Part shown: positions 56,331-64,000 of the stretch, piece after piece
Layout of the letters: the number at the start of each line of letters is the position of its first letter
How positions within the stretch are numbered: the first letter of the stretch is position 1
NCBI GenBank assembly: GCA_964016885.1
Contig: OZ024748.1
Location: 25,234,001 to 25,298,000, forward strand
Direction of reading: 5' to 3'
Origin: Eledone cirrhosa
Lineage: Eukaryota
DNA: 64,000 nucleotides
Translations under genes and position numbers: made by a program
The notes under the pieces: generated by a model
Database searches by the model: none
What the model was told of the DNA's origin: nothing
What the model saw: only the letters and a program-made list of their open reading frames with translations

Positions 56331-56504
56331 AGGCATATATGATGTGTTTACGTATAATAAACATACAAGAGTCTCGCTGTGAATATTTTAAGCTGTGATC
56401 AAGTCACAGCTATCTTAGTAGCTGGTGAGATTGTTGTGACATGATCAAATATTCATAGCGAGACTCCTGTATATTTATTATACATAAACATATTATATAT
56501 GCCT
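56331..56504. repeat. Inverted repeat, 58-bp arms with 6 transition mismatches, plus inner hairpin AGCTGTGA/TCACAGCT
   Basis: 56331-56388 versus the reverse complement of 56447-56504. Confidence 0.9.
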
Positions 56505-56570
56505 CTAAATATATCCCTATTATGAACCATGCCATGGTAGTTCTACTGCTAATTAATATATATATATTAT

Positions 56571-56633
56571 AAGGGCAGTGCCCCAGCATGGCCTCAGCCG
56601 GATGGCTGATACAGGTAAAAGAGTAAAAGAGTA
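56571..56633 (+). mobile_element. 3' tail fragment of a SINE/LINE
   Basis: ggcagtgccccagcatggcctcagccggatggctgatacaggtaaaagagtaaaagagta: a terminal stem-loop plus short tandem tail. Resembles remembered octopus SINE ends. Confidence 0.5.
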
Positions 56634-56730
56634 TTGAAAATCCATTTGTAGTGTTTTATAGTGTTTTATGACTATGATGACCCATTTTGTCAGGTTGTCA
56701 AGAAATAAAATTTCCATTGTAAACAATAAT

Positions 56731-56913
56731 TGTTTCTACTTTTGGCACAAGGCCAGCAATTAACCAGTAGATTACTGGTACTTTATTTTATCGACCCTAT
56801 AAGGATGAAAGGCAAAGTTAACCTCGGCGGGATTTGAACTCAGAATGGCAAGGGCCGTAACTCTATACGTCAAAGCATGGCGTCCGACCCTCTACCGATA
56901 CTGCCAATTCACC
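56731..56913 (-). mobile_element. Full-length tRNA-derived SINE with 13-bp TSD
   Basis: Minus strand has an A-box-like TGGCAGTATCGGTAGAG, B box GAGTTCAAATCCC and central GCCTTTCATCC..GGGTCGATAAAATAAAGTACCAG. TSD TGTAAACAATAAT at 56718-30 and 56914-26. Confidence 0.85.
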
Positions 56914-56976
56914 TGTAAACAATAATGATGTGATATTTCATTTAACATGATGTATTAATATTTAATTTGTCATAGA

Positions 56977-57243
56977 AGGTGAGGGGTTGGCAGAATTGGT
57001 AGAGCATCCAATAAAATGCCATTGTGGTATTTGTTCTGACTCTTTACATTCTGAGTTCAAATCTCACAGAGGTCAACTTTGCCTTTCATCCTTCCAGGGT
57101 CGATAAAATAAAGTAGCAGTCAAGTACTGGGGTTGATTTAATCGATTTTGCCCTTTCCCCAGATTTGTCATAGAGGGTGGTGGAATTGCAGAATTGGTAG
57201 AGCATCTAATAAAAGGCCATTGTGGTATTTGTTCTGTTTCTTT
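56977..57243 (+). mobile_element. tRNA-derived SINE followed by a partial tandem copy of its 5' head
   Basis: TGGCAGAATTGGTAGAGC, GAGTTCAAATC and the same central domain. The head is repeated from ~57175, and atttgtcataga precedes both copies. Confidence 0.8.
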
Positions 57244-57316
57244 AAAATTATTATATCATTTTCAAGTAAGAAAATTGAAGTTATCTTTTCTTTTATATTC
57301 TCCAAAATTCCACCAG

Positions 57317-57471
57317 TTTTGCAGTCTACCGAGGGTTTAGCTCAGCAATTCTGATCTTGTCGGGTTCATATTTCATATATTTCTATGTATTTAACACCCT
57401 TAAGAACATAGTTTCCATAGACAAAGAAAACTGGTTTTCTCTGAAATACCTCCTGATGGGATATTTTTCAG
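57317..57471 (+). CDS. SLC25A17: Exon (155 nt, phase 2 to 1) of PMP34/SLC25A17-like carrier: FAVYRGFSSAILILSGSYFIYFYVFNTLKNIVSIDKENWFSLKYLLMGYFS
   Basis: CAG|T...TCAG|GTAAGT. In frame. YRG motif; FIYFYVFNTLK matches PMP34 FVYFYTFNSLK. Confidence 0.9.
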
Positions 57472-57599
57472 GTAAGTTTAATTATATATTTGATATTTCA
57501 TTCTAAACAATAACAATAACTATTTTAGGGCCATTTTCCCTTCTAAAGCAGGTGCCATTGACAAGCTTCTTCATTTTTCCCTATTATTTGCATCCTCCC

Positions 57600-58050
57600 T
57601 CACTAAACTACTGGCTTTCATTTCCTCCTCCATTATTTTGACAATATCTTTCTTGGTCTTCCCTTCCTCTACTTCCTTCCACTTCCGTTATTCCTCTTAC
57701 CTAGTCACTTTTATTCTTTCTCGACACATCAACTAATCATCTCATTCCATTTCTCTACTCAACATTCACCACTAGTTCTATTTCTTTCAACGATTCATTG
57801 TTTTTCTTCCCCTCTCTCTCATCAATACTCCACTCATCTATTTCCATTCTTTCCAACCTTATCTGCTGCTCCATGGTCATCACCCAACATATACTTCTCC
57901 TTTCAGATTCTGCAACTCTCCCCTCCTCATTAGCACACCATAGGCCCCAGAACTTCTTCCATGCACATCTTGCTCTAGTTACTGTCATAGGGCCACCTTC
58001 TCCATTCAACATGTCTCCAAAGTATCAGCACCTTCCATTTTCACACCATT
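57600..58050 (-). mobile_element. Old, highly decayed RTE LINE fragment
   Basis: Minus-strand remnants YFGDML..GG, RARCAWKKF, RLERME and GRGRPRK follow the order of the RTE C-terminal half. Confidence 0.65.
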
Positions 58051-58069
58051 CCTGAGATCCGGTTCACCA

Positions 58070-58199
58070 AAAGTGCCAACTTAATAATGAAAAAGTTAAG
58101 TCATATAAATAAATTCCTCCAAATTCTTGATTATTTTCAAAATGGTTTGAAAATCACAGGAAGTGTCTTTCATTATAAATATGGTAATGAAAGGGTTAA
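58070..58199. mobile_element. Probable end of a TTAA-target (piggyBac-like) non-autonomous DNA element
   Basis: Unique sequence runs into ...aaatatggtaatgaaagggTTAA (minus strand TTAA-CCCTTTCATTACCATATTT). The other end was not found. Confidence 0.5.
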
Positions 58200-61100
58200 A
58201 GATATAGACAGTGTCTTTCATTATAAATATGGTAATGAAAGGGTTAATGACATAGGAAGTGTCTTTCATTTGAAATATGGTAATGAAAGGGTTAATGACA
58301 TAGGAAGTGTCTTTCATTAGAAATATGGTAATGAAAGAGTTAATGACATAGGTAGTGTCTTTCATTAGAAATATGGTAATGAAAGGGTTAATGACATAGG
58401 GAGTGTCTTTCATTAGAAATATGGTAATGAAAGAGTTAATGATATAGACAGTGTCTTTCATTAGAAATATGGTAATGAAAGGGTTAATGGCATAGGCAGA
58501 GTCTTTCATTAGAAATATGATGAAGAAAGAGCTAATGACATAGAGAGTGTCTTTCATTATAAATATGGTAATGAAAGGGTTAATGACATAGACAGTGTCT
58601 TTCATTATAAATATGGTAATGAAAGAGTTAATGGTATAGACAGTGTCTTTCATTAGAAATATGGTAATGAAAGAGTTAATGACATAGGAAGTGTCTTTCA
58701 TTATAAATATGGTAATGAAAGGGTTAATGATATAGGAAATGTCTTTCATTAGAAATATGGTAATGAAAGGGTTAATGACAGGAAGTGTCTTTCATTATAA
58801 ATATGGTAATGAAAGAGTTAATGGTATAGACAGTGTCTTTCATTAGAAATATGGTATGAGAGGGTTAATGACATAGACAGTCTCTTTCATTAGAAATATG
58901 TTAATGAAAGGGTTAATGACATAGGCAGTATCTTTCATTAGAAATATGGTAATGAAAGGGTTAATGACATAGGAAGTGTCTTTCATTAGAAATATGGTAA
59001 TGGAAGGGTTAATGACATAGACAGTGTCTTTCATTAGAAATATGGTAATGAAAGGGTTAATGACATAGACAATGTCTTTCATTAGAAATATGGTAATGGA
59101 AGGGTTAATGACATAGACAGTGTCTTTCATTAGAAATATGGTAATGAAAGGGTTAATGACATAGGAAGTGTCTTTCATTTGAAATATGGTAATGAAAGAG
59201 TTAATGACATAGACAATGTCTTTCATTAGAAATATGGTAATGGAAGGGTTAATGACATAGACAGTGTCTTTCATTAGAAATATGGTAATGAAAGGGTTAA
59301 TGACATAGACAGTGTCTTTCATTAGAAATATGGTAATGGAAGGGTTAATGACATAGACAGTGTCTTTCATTAGAAATATGGTAATGAAAGGGTTAATGAC
59401 ATAGACAATGTCTTTCATTAGAAATATGGTAATGGAAGGGTTAATGACATAGACAGTGTCTTTCATTAGAAATATGGTAATGAAAGGGTTAATGACATAG
59501 ACAGTGTCTTTCATTAGAAATATGGTAATGAAAGGGTTAATGACATAGACAGTGTCTTTCATTAGAAATATGGTAATGGAAGGGTTAATGACATAGACAG
59601 TGTCTTTCATTAGAAATATGGTAATGGAAGGGTTAATGACATAGACAATGTCTTTCATTAGAAATATGGTAATGAAAGGGTTAATGACATAGGAAGTGTC
59701 TTTCATTTGAAATATGGTAATGAAAGGGTTAATGACATAGGTAGTGTCTTTCATTAGAAATATGGTAATGAAAGGGTTAATGACATAGGGAGTGTCTTTC
59801 ATTAGAAATATGGTAATGAAAGGGTTAATGACATAGGAAGTGTCTTTCATTAGAAATATGGTAATGAAAGAGTTAATGACATAGGTAGTGTCTTTCATTA
59901 GAAATATGGTAATGAAAGGGTTAATGACACAGGGAGTGTCTTTCATTAGAAATATGGTAATGAAAGAGTTAATGATATAGACAGTGTCTTTCATTAGAAA
60001 TATGGTAATGAAAGGGTTAATGGCATAGGCAGTGTCTTTCATTAGAAATATGATGAAGAAAGAGCTAATGACATAGACAGTGTCTTTCATTATAAATATG
60101 GTAATGAAAGGGTTAATGACATAGGAAGTGTCTTTCATTAGAAATATGGTAATGAAAGAGTTAATGGTATAGACAGTGTCTTTCATTAGAAATATGGTAA
60201 TGGAAGGGTTAATGACATAGACAGTGTCTTTCATTAGAAATATGGTAATGAAAGGGTTAATGACATAGGAAGTGTCTTTCATTAGAAATATGGTAATGAA
60301 AGGGTTAATGATATAGGAAATGTCTTTCATTAGAAATATGGTAATGAAAGAGTTAATGGTATAGACAGTGTCTTTCATTAGAAATATGGTAATGAAAGGG
60401 TTAATGGCATAGGCAGTGTCTTTCATTAGAAATATGATGAAGAAAGAGCTAATGACATAGACAGTGTCTTTCATTATAAATATGGTAATGAAAGGGTTAA
60501 TGACATAGGAAGTGTCTTTCATTATAAATATGGTAATGAAAGAGTTAATGGTATAGACAGTGTCTTTCATTAGAAATATGGTAATGAAAGAGTTAATGAC
60601 ATAGGCAGTGTCTTTCATTATAAATATGGTAATGAAAGGGTTAATGACATAGGAAGTGTCTTTCATTAGAAATATGGTAATGAAAGAGTTAATGGTATAG
60701 ACAGTGTCTTTCATTAGAAATATGGTAATGGAAGGGTTAATGACATAGACAGTGTCTTTCATTAGAAATATGGTAATGAAAGGGTTAATGACATACGAAG
60801 TGTCTTTCATTAGAAATATGGTAATGAAAGGGTTAATGATATAGGAAATGTCTTTCATTAGAAATATGGTAATGAAAGAGTTAATGGTATAGACAGTGTC
60901 TTTCATTAGAAATATGGTATGAGAGGGTTAATGACATAGACAGTGTCTTTCATTAGAAATATGTTAATGAAAGGGTTAATGACATAGGCAGTGTCTTTCA
61001 TTAGAAATATGATGAAGAAAGAGCTAATGACATAGACAGTGTCTTTCATTATAAATATGGTAATGAAAGGGTTAATGACATAGGAAGTGTCTTTCATTTG

Positions 61101-62510
61101 AAATATGGTAATGAAAGGGTTAATGACATAGGTAGTGTCTTTCATTAGAAATATGGTAATGAAAGGGTTAATGACATAGGGAGTGTCTTTCATTAGAAAT
61201 ATGGTAATGAAAGAGTTAATGACATAGGTAGTGTCTTTCATTAGAAATATGGTAATGAAAGGGTTAATGACATAGGGAGTGTCTTTCATTAGAAATATGG
61301 TAATGGAAGGGTTAATGACATAGGAAGTGTCTTTCATTAGAAATATGGTAATGAAAGAGTTAATGACATAGGTAGTGTCTTTCATTAGAAATATGGTAAT
61401 GAAAGGGTTAATGACATAGGGAGTGTCTTTCATTAGAAATATGGTAATGAAAGGGTTAATGGCATAGGCAGAGTCTTTCATTAGAAATATGATGAAGAAA
61501 GAGCTAATGACATAGAGAGTGTCTTTCATTATAAATATGGTAATGAAAGGGTTAATGACATAGGAAGTGTCTTTCATTATAAATATGGTAATGAAAGAGT
61601 TAATGGTATAGACAGTGTCTTTCATTAGAAATATGGTAATGAAAGAGTTAATGACATAGGAAGTGTCTTTCATTATAAATATGGTAATGAAAGGGTTAAT
61701 GATATAGGAAATGTCTTTCATTAGAAATATGGTAATGAAAGGGTTAATGACAGGAAGTGTCTTTCATTATAAATATGGTAATGAAAGAGTTAATGGTATA
61801 GACAGTGTCTTTCATTAGAAATATGGTATGAGAGGGTTAATGACATAGACAGTCTCTTTCATTAGAAATATGTTAATGAAAGGGTTAATGACATAGGCAG
61901 TACCTTTCATTAGAAATATGGTAATGAAAGGGTTAATGACATAGGAAGTGTCTTTCATTAGAAATATGGTAATGGAAGGGTTAATGACATAGACAGTGTC
62001 TTTCATTAGAAATATGGTAATAGAAGGGTTAATGACATAGGCAGTGTCTTTCATTAGAAATATGGTAATGAAAGGGTTAAAGACATAGATAGTGTCCTTC
62101 ATTAGAAATATGGTAATGAAAGGGTTAATGACATAGACAGTGTCTTTCATTAGAAATATGGTAATGGAAGGGTTAATGACATAGACAGTGTCTTTCATTA
62201 GAAATATGGTAATGAAAGGGTTAATGACATAGACAGTGTCTTTCATTAGAAATATGGTAATGAAAGGGTTAAAGACATAGACAATGTCTTTCATTAGAAA
62301 TATGGTAATGAAAGGGTTAAAGACATAGATAGTGTCCTTCATTAGAAATATGGTAATGAAAGGGTTAATGACATAGGCAGTGTCTATCATTAGAAATATG
62401 GTAATGGAAGGGTTAATGATATAGGAAGTGTCTTTCATTATAAATATGGTAATGGAAGGGTTAATGACATAGACAATGTGTTTCATCAGAAATATGGTAA
62501 TGATAAGGTA
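58160..62510. repeat. 48-bp satellite (~90 units) AGTGTCTTTCATTAGAAATATGGTAATGAAAGGGTTAATGACATAGAC
   Basis: 48-bp periodicity, with an internal 9-bp inverted repeat CTTTCATTA/TAATGAAAG in each unit. Confidence 0.98.
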
Positions 62511-62914
62511 AATAATTGCTCAAGGATAAAATACATGTTGGCCTTGAAGTGAAAGTTACCTCCTTGATGCAGCTTTAGCTATATCTAATACAGTTGAATC
62601 AAAGATAAGTTAACCAACACATTGTGATTAAAAATAAATTCAAGCTCCTAAATGTAAATAATTAGTCTTGTTTCAAAGTAATTATTTCTATTTTTGATTG
62701 TTGTTATTTATTATTTTTTTTATATTTCCTTTAAAATCAATCTCAAAATCAATTTCTGTTTAAATTCAAATGTAAATCTGTTTTGTTACACAATAGAGAT
62801 ATTGATTAAGTGGAAAGAATTAGTATTTTCTTTTTTTTTCAATTTCAAAAATAATTCATGTTTGTATTTGTTTTACAAAATTCTTGATGTGAAATCATAT
62901 GTTGGAACAGAGCG

Positions 62915-63410
62915 AGACTCTGGGAAGGTCAACTTTGCTTTTCATCTTTACGGGGTCGATAAAATAAAGTACCAGTAATACACTGGGATAATTGCTGGCC
63001 TTGTGCCAAGAGTAGAAACAATTATTAGCTGGTTTATTATTAGATGCTTTGCAGCATAGAGTTACGGCCCTTTACGGTCCGAGTCCAAATCCCACCGAGG
63101 TTAACTTTGCCTTTCATCCCCTCACAGGGTCAATAAAATAAAGTACCAGTAATGCACTGGGGTAATTGCTGGCATTGTGCCAAAAGTAGAAACAATTATT
63201 AAGTGGATTGGAAGAGGCATTAGAGTATCAAACAAAAGCTTGGCAGTAGTTGTTTCAGCACTTTATGTTCCATGTTCAAATCCTAGTGAAGTCCAAATTG
63301 CTTTTCAGGATCAATAATAAAAAGAACCAGTCATGTACTAGGCTTGATTTAATCAATTTCACACTTCCTCCAAATTACTAGCCTTATGCCTGTTTGAAAC
63401 CATTAATTGG
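62915..63410 (+). mobile_element. Cluster of three partial/degenerate tRNA-derived SINEs
   Basis: Central domain ctttgc(c/t)tttcatc..gggtc(g/a)ataaaataaagtaccag and end gctggccttgtgcc..agtagaaacaattatt occur at 62925-63028 and 63040-63200. A decayed third copy runs to ~63410. Confidence 0.75.
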
Positions 63411-63446
63411 TCAGATAACTCATCCATTCATCAGTTATCTAACTGC

Positions 63447-63563
63447 CAAAGCTCTTTTGTCACATACTTTGTGACTTTTTCAATGACTTTTTTTGGCCCT
63501 TATTCTACAGAGGGTCAAAATAATCATAGCGAAGGTCACAAAATGTGTGATGAAAGAACTTTG
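63447..63563. repeat. Imperfect hairpin / MITE-like inverted repeat
   Basis: caaagctcttttgtcacatactttgtgac...ttttggccct pairs with agggtcaaaa...gtcacaaaatgtgtgatgaaagaactttg. Confidence 0.75.
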
Positions 63564-63748
63564 AGAATTAAATAAACACCAGGTTGTTAAAACAACCAAA
63601 GAATGGATTAGTTACATGACTAATAATAAAAACTCAAGTGAAACTCAACTGGCGTGTATGTTTTTATCCTAAAGTATAACAAAAATAATTTAATCATTTA
63701 AATACTAATTTTGTTTTATTTATTTTTTTTTTTTTCAATTTATTTAAG

Positions 63749-63877
63749 CTGTAGTCAATGTGCTGATAACTTCACCATTCTGGAGTGCCAATACTCGGTT
63801 AAAGATGCAAGGAGTAAAACTTAACAGCAAAAAATTTCAGAATTATCGACAAAAACAATTGTATACTGGCGTTTTTG
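63749..63877 (+). CDS. SLC25A17: Exon (129 nt, phase 1 to 1) of PMP34/SLC25A17-like carrier: (A)VVNVLITSPFWSANTRLKMQGVKLNSKKFQNYRQKQLYTGVF
   Basis: Poly-T tract + AAG|CT...TTTG|GTAACT. In frame. VVNVL..P.W..NTRLK.QG is characteristic of PMP34 repeat 2. Confidence 0.92.
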
Positions 63878-63890
63878 GTAACTAACATCA

Positions 63891-63978
63891 TTCTTCTTCT
63901 TCTTCTTCTTCTTCTTCTTCTTCTTCTTCTTCTTCTTCTTCTTCTTTTTCTTTTCCTTTTTCTTTTTCTTCTTCTTTT
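63891..63978. repeat. (TTC)n microsatellite and pyrimidine tract
   Basis: About 18 TTC units, then a T/C-rich run. Confidence 0.95.
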
Positions 63979-64000
63979 AGAAATATGCTAACAAAAGTAT

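Noticed and set aside
56731-57160. tRNA genes
   Set aside because: The A/B boxes belong to SINE heads. There is no cloverleaf, and they are followed by SINE body and TSD.
58096-62486. Long minus-strand ORFs (up to 687 aa) of MKDTVYVINPFITIFL repeats
   Set aside because: Artefact of a 48-bp unit with one stop-free frame. The ORFs are broken by indels, antisense within an intron, and show no sign of coding constraint.
63410-63446. CTGATGA on the minus strand as a second hammerhead
   Set aside because: No stem II-GAAA-UH arrangement follows; it is just a small hairpin.

Overview
This is eukaryotic, AT-rich animal DNA. Its SINE and RTE repertoire resembles coleoid cephalopods (octopus-like), which is an inference. 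About 70% of the window is tandem repeat: a 31-bp satellite (~6.7-20.8 kb and ~27.6-39.3 kb), a 37-bp satellite (~40.6-55.3 kb), a 48-bp satellite (~58.2-62.5 kb), a 167-bp array and a 36-bp minisatellite. The ORF track misses four small + strand exons (39347-39407, 56163-56229, 57317-57471, 63749-63877). They splice in frame into a mitochondrial-carrier-family protein most like peroxisomal PMP34/SLC25A17, so almost the whole window is intron of this gene, and each large intron holds its own satellite. The last 31-bp satellite unit itself forms the splice acceptor of the first visible exon. One intact RTE-clade LINE ORF (APE + RT) carries a PHD-type finger inserted within the RT region. Also present are several truncated RTE copies (two with clear TSDs), CRE-like RLE retroelement relics, tRNA-derived SINEs, several long hairpins and a candidate type I hammerhead ribozyme (4327-4391). 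All calls come from reading the sequence; no searches were run.
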